Below, piece by piece: positions 12,839 through 25,854 of a DNA stretch of 64,000 nucleotides (the stretch's first letter is position 1; every line of letters starts with the position of its first letter). Under the pieces are notes generated by a model. It did not search any database. It was not told the DNA's origin and saw only the letters and a list, made by a program, of their open reading frames with translations. Location: the NCBI GenBank assembly GCA_001949185.1, contig BDGG01000015.1, forward strand, positions 1,183,036-1,247,035, in the 5' to 3' direction. The position numbers and the translations under genes were made by a program. Source of the DNA: Ramazzottius varieornatus. Lineage: Eukaryota > Animalia > Tardigrada.

Positions 12839-14229
12839 ATCATCTTCGGACACTAATTTTGGGAGAGTCTAGACTGACAGTTTGTTACAGCCTGCGGATA
12901 AAAAGGGCGAGTTAACAATCTTCTTATGGGCTGGACAAGCACCTGTCATGGGACTGAGGCGTAATACATTCGAGAACGCATATATACATTCAGTGCGCTG
13001 TGCACTTCTGCCGAGCAAAAGTTGGGTTCGCCGTCACTTTACTCGCGAGTGGCGACAACGTGCCAACAGAGGCTGGCTGTCAGGGCCTACAGGCTACAGC
13101 TCCCCCGTACAGCGGAGAGAGCTTTCCAATATAATCAATTCCGGTCTTCTTCCTTGCATTTCATGCTATTTGCCTACAGAACCGGTTATGTAACGTCGTC
13201 AGTAGCAGTTATCGCTTTGGTGGAGGCGGCGCACGGACCTAATGGTTCATACTAGCATACTAGCGCGGGGAGCCTTGACATTGATACCATGACTGATAAC
13301 AGCACCGTACATACACATTCAAGCCCAATCGCACTGGCTCAGCTGGAGAAACTTGCATTACAATCCACAAAAGCCTTCAGTTATCATGGAACCGAGATGG
13401 GCAACGTAAACTCAAGGTTTTTGTCTAATCATTGTGCTTGGATACCTGCCTCTGTGCACTCTCGCCTATTTCCTTCAACCTTCCATTCCAGCAGCGGGAG
13501 GATCACTGGCTGAGCGGAGAAGGACGTAAAAAAGGGAACACAAAGCACTGGCTGAACTGATGGGCATTTCCAGTAAGTTTGCTTCCATTTTCCGCAATAC
13601 CGTCTCGAACATTCGGTACGCGTAGTCCAAATTTCGCGTCAAAGCACCGATACGCATCTCGCTCAGGGGACCACTGTTTTCCTAATATTCAAAGTCCATA
13701 AAGGCAGACCTGGAAATCCAGCCAGCACGAAGTCACCATGATGTAAAAAACGGAGCAGCTGATCTCCATCGGGCGACTGTATTTTTCCGTTCAGTATACA
13801 AATGCCGGCTAAATTTAGCTTCCTTCTTCACTTTGATGGTCTTGCAACTGGGTTCTCATCAATAATGAAGCATAGCAGTCGTCTTTCGATTGCAGGTATG
13901 TGGACTTGAAAACGGAACATCCACCTCTCCCGCTGGCTCAAAGTTTCTCTCCTCTGGAAGGCGAAATTGGTAGGAAGAATTGGGAATGCGCAAAAGGGAT
14001 TGGAGTGTTACCTTGCAACGAGACTGGGCGGAAAGCTGTGGTCAAAGGTTGTAGGAGCTGTGTTATTGGGTGGTGTCCCAAGCTGGGTATGTGAGTTCCC
14101 GCTTACTACAAACAGCTTGACCATCTACCTGTTGCGTACGTACCTCCTGACTTTGCCCATGCCAACCAGGCGCCAGCACCTTCCTGACTCCCCCACAGCT
14201 GCTGGAATATAAGCCAGCTGGATGAGACC

Positions 14230-16314
14230 ATGTACAAGTATCGTCGTTCGCAAAGTCCACAACGGCCATCGACAATCTGTTATACCGGTACCTCATCAAA
14301 TTCGCCATCCCCTGACGACTCGCACCCACATAGCCTCACAGGTAGTCCCTCGGCTCTCTCATCATCTGTTGCACTTGATTCTTTTGATCATCGGATATGT
14401 CGACCAGCTGACGAGTCCACCTCGGAAGGTTTTCCCACAATAGCCCTCCACAAGACCTCCTCTGAACTGTGTCAAGAACTGAAAAGCCGCTGGGCCGAAA
14501 GGGCTCATCCAAGTGCTCATGCGGTCCTGCCACTCTCCTTATCCTCAGACTCACTGCCGGTAAGCTTCAATAGTTTCGACGAGACGCTGTCGGCTTCCAG
14601 GCTGATAAAAGAAGAAGGCGATAATGTCACCAAGGGTACGACCAGCTTTCCCACTGGACAACGGCCAAATACCCGCTGGAATACTCTACAAAGAAGAACG
14701 GCCAGCGAAGCAGACCTCGACGGGCTCGACGGCTTTCCGGCCGAAGAGGACATCGAAGAAGGAAGCGATCAAGCCAGCCATCTGGAAGATGGAACGGACG
14801 AAATGGGTAGGAAACGCCGGTGCTTGGTTTGTGAAGATGCAGCCAGTGGCTACCATTATGGTGAGACCTCCCTTTACGTCATTCTGTCCTCCGCCCCCCT
14901 TTTCCGACCAGTCTCATAACAATTTTTCTAACCTCAGCCCACAGCGAAACCACGATATTTTAGGTCCAAGTTTTGTTGCCTGAAGGATGGCTTCCTTTTT
15001 CTTGATTTTCCTGAATATCCTCCCACGCGGGATGGAAAGCCGTGGGCTTGACGTCATAGACATTGTAGTTTTATCCTCGGGCCAAAACGGCGAAACAAAT
15101 CCAGGACACATCAGTTAGATTTGTCGCTAGATACTAGTCTATCAGACCTTAGAACGGTGTTCGGGCACCACATTGTTGATCGAGTTGTGCTCTATCGGTG
15201 GCAGATGCCGACTTGGTCCCAGGGTAAATCCTCTCCCGAGTTGACAACGAAAGTATTCCGCAGAGTTGAAAAAAAATGTTTTGGGTCTATTTTTCGTAGA
15301 AGGTTTTTGACATCATATTACAAAAGGAAATTTGTATTTGCAGGCGTAAGTTCCTGCGAAGCCTGTAAAGCCTTCTTCAAGAGGACAATCCAAGGAAATA
15401 TCGAGTATGCCTGTCCTGCAGTCGGCGACTGTCCCATCAGTAAGAAAAGCCGCAAAGCCTGCCAAGCTTGTCGCTACAAGAAATGTCTACGCGTGGGAAT
15501 GTTAAAAGAAGGCGTCAGGTTGGATCGGGTTCGCGGAGGCCGTCAAAAATACCGGAGGGCCAACAACGGCGATTCCATCTTGGTCCAGGCATCTCCTTAC
15601 AGTCAGAGCTCCCTGTCATCTTCCCGAAAGCCTTCGACTCAAGAACTAAGTCAACTGCTGATTGCCCTCAATGCCTGCGAACCCGAAGCCATCTTAGCCA
15701 ACATCACCGAGAGGTTGGATACACCGTTGCGATTACAGTCGGTACTGTGCGACTTGGCGGACCGCGACCTTGTGGGCATAATTGGCTGGGCCAAACAGAT
15801 ACCTGGTTTTCCCGACCTACCACTCAACGACCAGATGCATTTACTACAATCTACATGGTCGGAGATTGTCCTCTTCAGCTTGTGCTTTCGTTCGTTAGAA
15901 GCGGCACCACGGAGTTTACTCTTTAGTCAGGACTTTCAGGTCGATGAGGTAATGGCCAACGAGGCCGGCTTCGAGCTGGTCCACGCCAAAGCCTGCCGGC
16001 TGGTGGATGCATTGAGCGATTACCGGATAACACGCGAGGAATACGTCTTGATCAAGTGTATAATTTTGCTAAATGGCGGATGTGTGCTGGAGAGTACGGC
16101 AGCCAGGGACGCACTGCGTGATAACATTGTACAAGCGCTGCATCAGCTGGTCGAAGGTGCACCCCGTTCCAGCAACCTGTTGTTACTGCTGCCGCAGCTG
16201 CGACAGCTGGATGGGCTGGCCAAACAATACTGGTTTATGATTAAGAATGAAGGCAGGATAACCATGCATAAATTATTTTTGGAAATGTTGGAATCGGCCC
16301 ACCAGTTGACGTGA
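14230..16314 (+). CDS. ERR: Estrogen-related receptor (NR3B nuclear receptor)
   Basis: Exon 14230-14860 ends [14 protein letters not shown]|gtgaga. Exon about 15344-16314 continues [21 protein letters not shown]...[33 protein letters not shown], which contains the ERR-type CEACKA P-box and C-terminal extension. [40 protein letters not shown] and AF-2 HKLFLEML. Confidence 0.95.
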
Positions 16315-17121
16315 CGTCGAGAGCCACCGGCCAGGGTTCGCTGCTGCCGCTGCTTGGCCATGGGTGATCGATGCAGAGTGAAGGGAATGCGCTTGCTCCT
16401 TCAGCCTATACCTGATACAGCACAAGTGAATTCGCCGGCTTTTGTATTTGTAGATTCTTTATCGCTGTATGTAGTCATTCTTGTTGAGAGATTATTATTT
16501 TAGCTTGTTATTGCTTTTACCGGTGAGTACTCGGGAGAGCCTTTTCAGGTTGAAGGGCCAGCTTGGATGTACTGTGCCGCGTTGCTGGCTGACGCTGATC
16601 TGGTCGTAGCACACAAATCGATCCGGATGCATTTTTTTCCGCTACTTCAACCTCTACCGTATTCTTTCATTTCAACCATACGCATAAACTGCCATTTCCT
16701 AGTTTGACAATGAGGGATTTAAAGTTTTGCGCGGTATCAGTTGTATACAGTTTTTCTAATTCATACCGGCATTTCATGCGTTGCGATCTCATTTGAAAAG
16801 ATAAAATATTGTCACATGAAACCGACAACTTCCGGTCAGATTCCTTCACTGCTTTATCCATAAGGGAAACTCCCAACAACCCCATGTACTATGAACTATG
16901 AACCGGCGACTCTCACCGTTTTAATGCTGCGCATCCTTCGGTATAAAGCAGACAACGTCAAAATATTACAGCGTAAGAAATATAACGTCGGTACGTGCAC
17001 AGTGGCTAAAGATAAAACAACAAAGTACAACAAAAGATGGTGCTAAAGTCCTAATATCACAAGTGCAAAGTACTGGAGAGGTAAAATTGATGCAGGAGTG
17101 GGAAATGCTGGGGGTAAAACG

Positions 17122-17793
17122 TTAGGAAATATCACTGTCTAGATTTTCATCTTGGTCGACCCACTGGCAAAGCGCAGAGTCCAAGACCATCGGCTGGAGT
17201 GTTTTTCTCGACTGCGATAAAGTTTCGAAATACTTGGCTTTCAGGCCAGCAATGTCCCAGGTTAAGGAGGTTATCTGAGAAGGAGGAAGATTGACAGCTT
17301 CTGTGGAGGCGACAATGGCCGTGGCGTTGTGCAGCAGGGAGTTCAGCCGATCCGTCAGCTCCAGCGTCTGCCTTCTTTGCACTTCCAGCATGTTCCGCAC
17401 CGCGTCCCTGGCTTGATGGACCCTGTACTCGTTCAAGAGATGCTGGAAATGGATAAACAACAGGTTGATATCCTCCAGCTTCTCGTTTCTTTTTGGAGAG
17501 CGCGGACACTTGACAAGGACGTCTAGTAGATCGAGGAAGGTGGCCAGGATGGAGTGGACTGCCTTCTTCAGTTCGCGCTTGCGGTCGAAGGACTGAGGGT
17601 ATAACCGTCGGATGTTGATGCTTTCTAGTGGTCGAACGATATGGTCGTCGTTCCAGCTGGCAGCTCCAAAGACGCTGAAGGCTTCGCCTTTGGAAGGAAC
17701 GGGGGGAGGTTGGGGAGCTTTGCCTTTACGGTAATTCTCGTCGGTGTGGCCGTTGATGTACTCAAAGGGAGGAAGAGGGAAAGAATAGGCCAT
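17122..17793 (-). CDS. MED7: Mediator complex subunit 7
   Basis: Single coding exon, 223 aa from the ATG at 17793 (start inferred; an upstream GTATGC..TTTCAG 5'UTR intron is plausible). FPLPPFEYI...TDEN..KGKAPQPPP...IVRPLESINIRRLYPQSFDRKRELKK...FLDLLDVLVKCP...EKLEDINLLFIHFQHLLNEYRVHQARD. Confidence 0.92.
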   Translation of the reverse strand: MAYSFPLPPFEYINGHTDENYRKGKAPQPPPVPSKGEAFSVFGAASWNDDHIVRPLESINIRRLYPQSFDRKRELKKAVHSILATFLDLLDVLVKCPRSPKRNEKLEDINLLFIHFQHLLNEYRVHQARDAVRNMLEVQRRQTLELTDRLNSLLHNATAIVASTEAVNLPPSQITSLTWDIAGLKAKYFETLSQSRKTLQPMVLDSALCQWVDQDENLDSDIS

Positions 17794-19144
17794 GAAAACG
17801 GCATATGTACCACTTACGGCCACGTTCTGAAATGAAGGGAAAAGTTCCGCCAGTTGCGTTGAAGACACAGTAAAGGAAAGCCAGAGCGGCAGTAGAGCAT
17901 AATTATGAGAAGCCTAAGACTTCAGATAAAGGTTGACATCATTAGCAGAAGCAGCCATTTTGCATACATTGCAAGATCCCGAAAGATCTTACGATGAATA
18001 GCAAACTGACCGTACATCTGATTCGCCTTTCGTTCATCCTAAGCTCGAAGCGCTGGACCATACCTTAGCAGATACAGACATGGGGAACCAACTTACCAGG
18101 GCGACTTTCAACGAGGACGAACAACGATATGGTCAAGCTGCCATCCGCGAGCTCATCTCTCCTGGGTCCATTCAATACGCTAGCAGCGAGGCTTGCTCGC
18201 TGCTTCCCCACGACGCTTTGAAAGACTTCCCGTACACCGTTATGGCAAGACAGACAACCGAGATTCACAAGAAGCCGTACCTGTGGAGTGCGGGACAATG
18301 GAACTGGAAGATATTTTCAAGAAAACTTCGACGTTTTTGTCATTTTGCTAGCGTGAACACTGCCGAAACTGCGATAACTGGCTGATAAGCCCAGCGAGAT
18401 GATTTGACAATTATACACTCAGCCTTCGATTGATTTGTGTCAGATTCATGATCGCCTTCTTGAAGAAAGCGTGGGGTGCGACGTTCGTACACATCCCACT
18501 CTCAGATTCTCCTCTGCCCTCTCTGTCTCTGGCAGCTCTGCCCAAAGTAGACAAACAAAAACTCCAAATCACAATTCGCGAAGTCGCATGCATCTTTGAC
18601 GGAGATTCTGTTTCGTTGAAGTTTCATCATCGTCAAAGCTCTCCGCTGGACAAGCTGCCAGAAGCAAGCCACACGCCGCGCCATCACTCAGCTGACGTCA
18701 AGAAGCATCTTTGGTTGTTGCCGACATCACCGACTCATTCCACTGCCTTCTGCTTCTAATCAAAGCCCAGTGAACAAGTCTTCTGCTGAAGAGTGCCAAT
18801 GATGATGGCCCAAGGCACTGTAGGTGGCTGTTATTTATTTCCGTGCGAGACCGAGGACGGCTTGTCCGAGAGCGGCGCCAGTTTTACAAGCTAGGTAAGC
18901 TTGCTTTTTGTCAAGTGGCGCATGTGTTGTTTCCATCACGGCAAAGGTGGGCTGTGATGGCGAATACGCACTCTCTTGTGATCTGATTGCATCTTGAAAG
19001 AAAGAGGTCGGTCCATAACTCGATGTATGATTGCAGATCTGCGAGTGAAATGTGAATGCCAACCAAGTCGTTTGCTCAATGTATAACATGGTCGTTTAAG
19101 TGCTGGAATTAAATGTCGTAAAGGCGTTTTGTCCTCTCATTCTG

Positions 19145-22100
19145 ATGGACGTGAACTCGCAACCGTTATCAGCTGATACTTTGGACCATTCCCTTCCACC
19201 AGCATCTGTGATAGACGAAGTCATTCATGTGCAAGACCATCCCGCATTGGAATTACAATCGAGTAAGGATCCCGTCGATTCTCTGCCAGAAGTTGAAGTT
19301 GTTTACCAGGATTTGGTCTTGATCGGCAGTCCGCTCGTTACACTCGAAAGTATTGGGACTGTTTTGGACGATACCCAAGAACAGAAGGAAAGCTGTAAGA
19401 GTGATACTTTCAAATTCGTCTGACTTTTCGGAATATTCTTCCCATAATCTACGCACTTTCGCTTTATAGATCGGAGTTCGTCTTCCCTGTCGACCAAGTC
19501 GGAGGAGAGCGGAGATAAGTCTTCAATTTTCCGTTACGAAGAGGAATTGGACTCGTTGTCGTTATGTTCCTCCATCTCGGTGGATAAAGAAGAGACTGTG
19601 GTGGAAGAGCGGGTCGATGCGGAGGAAGAAGAACAAGAGCACATTACACCGCTGGACGAATTCACCCCAACCAAGCCCATCTTGTTGCCAGATTCAAAAT
19701 CGTCTCCGCAAGACAATCATCTTCCAAATGACCCAATGAAAGAGGTCTTCCAGCGATCGCCGGAAGTCTGTGTGGAGAGAGTGGAGATAACGCCCGAGAC
19801 GGACAAATTCCGACGGCAGAGTTTACGGAGCTCCATACTGAAACGTCTGACGATATCATGGAAACGCGAATATGACTTTCAGCTGGAAGCTGATAAGCTA
19901 TTCGCCGAAGAAGGTGAGAGAAATTTCCTGTCAAAAGGCCATTCATTGAACATCCGGGTTGAACTGGCGCCGTTTGTCGGGGTTCACAGTAGGATTTGTA
20001 GGGACCGCGGTGACGGCTTGCGCGAGTTAAGCTGTGTTATCCTTAATGGCCGTGTAGGTGAGAGACGGCAAAGTTCTCCGATTACGTCGGTCGGTAACGA
20101 TATCTTTTCAAGTGCTTGTTGGCTATGTGGTTCTGTTTCTCATCATATCACAGTGCCATGCTTGACTCGATAATATTTTGGTCCGTAATGTCTTTTGTAT
20201 CGAGGCATGAATGTTGTAAAGGGCCTATCAATGCTTGGACTGGCACGAATCGAGCGAGACCAAGGAAGAAGAAAATAGAGGAAAGCACCGTGTTCAAAAC
20301 TGGTTTGGATATTTTTCTCTTTCTGTGGCGGTAAACTTGACGGCGAAATTCATTTCATACATGTAGGGGAGGGCTGCAAAAAGGCAGTGTCGGCTGGCAA
20401 TGACGCTATTTGTTTGACCAAGAACAAATTTATGACTTTTTCACGCCTGTAAAATCTTATCGTAAAAATAGGCAGCAGCAAGTGGGACATAAGCATATTA
20501 TCGCCATGTATTACTCCCCCAGTCAAGCCTTGTGTTTGCGCAACACGCATGTGACAGAGTCCAGTTTTTCGTCAGACAAAGAAAAGTTTTGCAATATCCT
20601 GAAAATATCTCGAAGAGCGTTAATCAAAGGTTCTCAAGTCCCGGGAATAGTTTCGGAACTTATCGTTTCTGATCTTTGCTGTCAAATGTTGAAAGGATTG
20701 TAATGGGATTATGAGAGAATGCTGCCGCTGCTTCAGGCCTCGTTGAGGCGAGTGAAGACTTCTCAGCGACGTAACAGTCACATTCGGCCTGTTTCAGAAG
20801 TAGGCTATCCCGACGAATGCGTGCTGATCGGGACTATCGGACCTCCACTACGACTGCCGCCTGTCAGGACCGAACTGCGCCAAGATGAAGTTAGTGAATT
20901 AATGACCGTTGCATTTTTGTCTGTTCGAAGCTCTGCGCCAAACTGTTCCGCCCCGTTTGGAAAACCATTCTAATTATTATCCCTTCTGTTGATGATGACA
21001 GGTTGTTCGACGGCACATTCTCTCCTCCATCATCGAAAGTGAAAATTCCTACGTCGAGTCGCTGTACAGGCTCGTAAAGGTCGGTCATTACAGTTGCAAT
21101 TACAGTTATTTTGTTGTCTGTCTTTTTCTCGTCGGAGATCTATGCAAAGAAGGTCTTTGTTTGTAGGAGTATCAAGAGCCGCTCAAGTCAGCGTCTCCGC
21201 CCATTCTGCGGCCGGAAAAGATTGACGTTATCCTGTTCAAGATCCCGCAGATCCTGCAGTTGCACCTGATGCTACGCTCAGCGTTGAAAGACCTCTTTGA
21301 CAATTGGAAGAACGAGAACTTGTACGAGCTGGGGAACATCTTTGTCAATGTAGTAAGTAACACCCGGAAGGATAATCAGTTAGGTGTCGAAGTGAATGAT
21401 GTGGATTTTCTTTGGCAGTTCTCCAAATCGTACGTAGGAGAAGTCTATGCTGCTTACGTCTGCAATTTCGATATCGCATTAGAGACGGCCAAGAAAGCAG
21501 CACAAAAGTTGCCGGCCTTTGCTGACTTTCTGCGGGTGAGTTGTTCATATTTGCTGTGACCGAATAAATTCATCGTATTTGGTGAACTTTGACGGATGTT
21601 GCGAAGACTGACGGAGGGGTTTTTTGCTTTTTCAGACGAAGCAGGAAATCAGCAAAGATCGCCTTCCACTCTTCGGACTTCTCGTCAAACCTGTCCAAAG
21701 GTTCCCGCAGTTCATCCTACTCCTTCAGGTACAGAATGCACCTTATCGCACACCTGCATACACCGGCATTACAACAAATGTGGAGTATGCTGTATGCAGA
21801 GTCGTAAAACAGAGACTCTTGACGTCGCTCGTACGCCCGGTTGATTATGTGAGACGATTGCCTATTCAGATTTTTCTGATCATCGATTAATTGAAATTAG
21901 CATATCAATCTGGAATATTTGTATAGGTTTGCTTTCGTGGGTGATTATAAGTGTTTTGACAGTTTGCGCCATTTGTAGGATTTGCTCAAGCATACATCGT
22001 CGGATAAGGCCGATCGGATCTCATTACAGCTGGCTCTAACGCATCTGGAGACGTTAACGGACTCATTAAACGAGCGAAAACGTGAAAACGAACAAACACA

Positions 22101-25100
22101 GAAGGCGCTTGAAGTGCTCAAGTGGGCCAAAATTCCAGCCAGCCATCGTAATTCAACAAGTGGCGGCGGCAGTGCCGACGCATCAGACGACATTACTCGC
22201 CGCGTCATTGCGGAGGACGACTTCAGCGAGCTGGTGCGTTCCTACATTGGCTAGGAAGGGACATTAATCACCTCGACCATTCCGTGTAATGAATGATGTG
22301 TGCTTTGTCTGCCGAGTGACAGTCTGTTGTGTAATGTCGTTTAGGAGCTGACATCGGCTGGCGGCTTGATACAAATGAAACAACGACGCTTGTTCCTCCT
22401 CAACGACTTGTTAATTTGCGCAACCCACCAGTATGTCAAAGGCACTGCTGCTTAAATATTTACCTAAAGTTTGGCTAACCTGAAGCTGTCCTAGACTCGA
22501 CCGACAGGACCGCTACAGTCCGCTATGGATCGTTAATGTGGCCGACGTTACTGTCATCGATGAGAAGCCCCTCAAATTCCTGGGCTATCAGGTCACACCC
22601 GCTCATTCGTCAGTGCCCAACGAATTATCCAAGACAGAAAGTTCCACCTTCAAACCTTCAGGTACTAAGCTACACATTCCATTCTTTAGAGCTTTTTGCT
22701 GGATGAGGCCGACACAGACAAACTACGGTGACGTTTCATGCACCTGCATACAAGGGCGCCGTAAAAGGTTCACGGGTCGATGTATGCAGGTGTACGATTG
22801 GATGGACGTCTTTTTTGTCGAGTTTTCCTGTTGTGCCTCACAGACAGGTACACCGATCGTTTCATCTATATATGTATCATTTTATAGACACAATAACGAC
22901 GCTGTATCAGGAAATGGGCGATATGAGACAAGACTACGAGTCGATGAAGAGGGTCTTTGACATTGTCGAAAGTATGAAGTTTGAGTACGCGGTAAGTTAT
23001 CGTCTTCGTAAGTGAATTGTTGTGATTTGTCTATGACTCTAAAGTGAATCAATAGCAATGTTGTTTTTTTTAGGATTTAAGGCTGTCGAAGTTGAGAAAT
23101 ATCTTAGCGGATATTCAGTCGACCATTCAAGCTAAAATGGAGGAAGCCGCTCGGACGGATGACTGCACTTTTCAACTGCTGGTACCCATCGGTCGCTCAA
23201 AGTAGGTTTATCTGACTTTTTTAATATGGTACCACCTGCAGTGAAGACTGTCTCGTCACGAGTAATTAACTTTAACCATTTGAGCAGAACGCAAAAAAGC
23301 CGCATTGTGCTACAAGCCGGCAAGCACAAGGAAAAGGTCATGTGGATTATCTTGTTACATCTCTCAAAACTAGTCCATGGTAGGCTTCGTCAGTCATCGT
23401 TATGACCTTCTTCTGGCTAATAACTCCATAACCGTTTTACATTAGTTAGCGTCCTTGTGTTTCCTAGATAAGAGACTGAATCCCTCATGGGATGATCCCG
23501 AAGTCCGTGGCATCAACAGTCCTCTCTTCTTCATTTCCAGAGCTCTTCACTGCCAAACATCGCCAAAGAAATTCACGGTAAACTCTAATCTCATTTGGCT
23601 GCAGTCACAACCTAGGGCCGAACGTTTAATTACCAGCCGCTAATATTGCACCCTGGTCAATTTGACTATGATACACTAGAACGCCAATCAGCTAGGCTTG
23701 AGTTACACTCTTTATTTCACATCGAAATCGTACCGCAAAGAACGATCCAAGCGATTTAAATTCTCTGGTAGATAAGACAGGCAGACAGACAGACGAAAAT
23801 TTGGGATAACAGAGACAAGAAAGGTGAGCACTTGTGAATAATCGGTGAATATTGCTGGCTTTGCTTAACTGACGGTACAAGGGGTTTTTGCTGATAAAGA
23901 ATGTCAAATTGATTTGTTGTTGCAGTACCGTTGCGGTTGCTACTACTTTCTGTCCAAGAAAGAGGAGGTGCCCTCAGGCAAGAAAGGCAGCAGGACGGAC
24001 GGGCTGGTGTACCTATGCAGCAGCGACGGCAGCAACTCCAGAGTCAGTATTTTGTCCATCGAGGCCATCAAGAGCATTTCGGCCTCTTGTCAAGACCTTG
24101 CAGACACTCGGTCCGTCGAGCTAATGAGCATCAACCTAGGCCAAAGCGAGGTTAGTTCCTGTGAATGGATTCCGGGTGCTTATGAGAGTGAGGTGGTGGA
24201 GGGCAGTGTCAGTGCTTCGCTGGCACATGACACGGTGTGGATCGGGACGGAAGGCGCCTCGGTCATGATCTTCTCGGCTTCCTGCAAAGTGATCTCCCTG
24301 GGCTCCTTCCGAGTTGGCGGCCCTGTCAGACGTATTCTCTTCAACTGTGATAAGGTCTATGTAGCGACGGCTAGCTGTCATGTCCATGTGTATAAACGGG
24401 CTGTCGATGACTTTTGGGACTTGAGCTCCAGCAGTGTCATACAGTGTGCCCCACAAGGGACCTTGACTACGGCGGAAATGCTACCCAATAAGATCCTCTG
24501 TGCCGTCGACAAGCACATTCACGTTCTGCAGTGCTCCGATGACACCGTACTGGTAAGTTTGACTGTGTTCCGCAGTATGATCATTGACTGTCATACATAT
24601 ATAGCAGTTGAACATGCAGGAAGAGCATCAAGCGAAGATGGCCTTGGTCGGTGCCATTGACAAGCTGGCCCGTTGTGGATCGGGCTTGTGGGTCTCCTAC
24701 AAGGACAGTTCCATTCTCAGTCTCTTCCACCTGGAGACGTTCAAGCATCTGCAAGATATCAACATTGCTTCCAACATCAACCGCCTCCTTGCAGAACGAG
24801 AGTGGGATAGATCCGCCGGAAGCATCTTCGCCACCAGGTAACTTCCAAGTATGCTCTCCTTTATGGCTTCCTACGGTGACGTGACTTGCCCACTGTGTGT
24901 TGTAGCTTGCTGGCCTTCCGAGGCTCCCTGTGGGTCGGGACAAATGTCGGCCTGATCGTTCGAGTCGCCCTCCCCAAACTAGAAGGTAACTTAGGGCCTC
25001 CTACTGCACTTGGCTGTCGCTGAGCGTTCGTTGCAGCTAATATACGTTCACTGCCAAGATGAAGCATAAGGCTGTCCTTTACTTCAGGTGTGCCCATCAC

Positions 25101-25854
25101 GCTGAGTCGCCCTTCCGTTTCCTTTCACTCGCACAGCGGCTCGGCCAACCTCCTCCTCGTTCTCCAGCCACGCACAATCAGCCGCAAGCTTGCAGTTGGC
25201 CAACCAAGCCCCTCTCAAGGCGACTTTGTCGATAGTGCCTACTCTTCCTTCAGTGGCAAGAGAGGCGGCAACCAGCTCATCATGCAGATGTGGACCGACG
25301 ATTCGCCCGACATTTACGGTCTATACGACGCTCTGATGGGCGGCAGTTGCAGCTCGCAAGAGTCGCTGGCCAAGGAGCAAGTGCGCCTCCAAGCTCGTCG
25401 ACGCCGCAGTCTTCCCCTCTTGCCGCTGGACGCCGACTTTCACCCGCCAAGTGCACGACCCATGTCCTTCATCCCAACACCCGACCAAAGCTCAGTCATC
25501 TCACGCAACAGTAGCATTCGACCCATATCCATGCTCCACAATGGAGCCGGCTCAGGTCACGCAGACTGGTTACCGTACTTGCCTTCCTCCAAGCTCAGCT
25601 CCAAGGATAGCGATTACTTGGACACGTGTAGTAGGACGACGGCCTATAGTGATGACAAGTCGGAGGCGCCCTCCAACAAGCCCAAGTTTGTCAAGAGCGA
25701 TAGAAGTAAGTCACGTCCAACGACCAGTGCTTGGTGGCACTCAACCCTCATTGTCCTCAGTGCCGGCTCCGGCTACCACAACTGGAGGGGAAATGCTAAC
25801 TGTGCCAATGATAACGCTAGTCTATGCCTTCTCGGATGGGAAGTCAAGATTTAG
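19145..25854 (+). CDS. ARHGEF10: Rho guanine nucleotide exchange factor 10-like (DH, degenerate PH, C-terminal beta-propeller)
   Basis: Many short exons. DH domain VVRRHILSSIIESENSYVESLYRLVK (about 21002)...FSKSYVGEVYAAYVCNFDIALE...[30 protein letters not shown]...DRISLQLALTHLETLTDSLNERKRE. Propeller TVWIGTEG, LWVSYKDSSILSLFHLETFKHLQDINIA, LWVGTNVG, LSAGSGY...LLGWEVKI*. The start codon is uncertain. Confidence 0.87.

Noticed and set aside
15121-15343. N-terminal part of the 397-aa ERR ORF
   Set aside because: It is intronic. The zinc finger is completed only by splicing 14860 to about 15344.
19421-19423. In-frame TGA in the ARHGEF10-like 5' region (readthrough or pseudogene)
   Set aside because: It lies within a phase-1 intron (GTAAGA...TTATAG) whose removal restores the frame.
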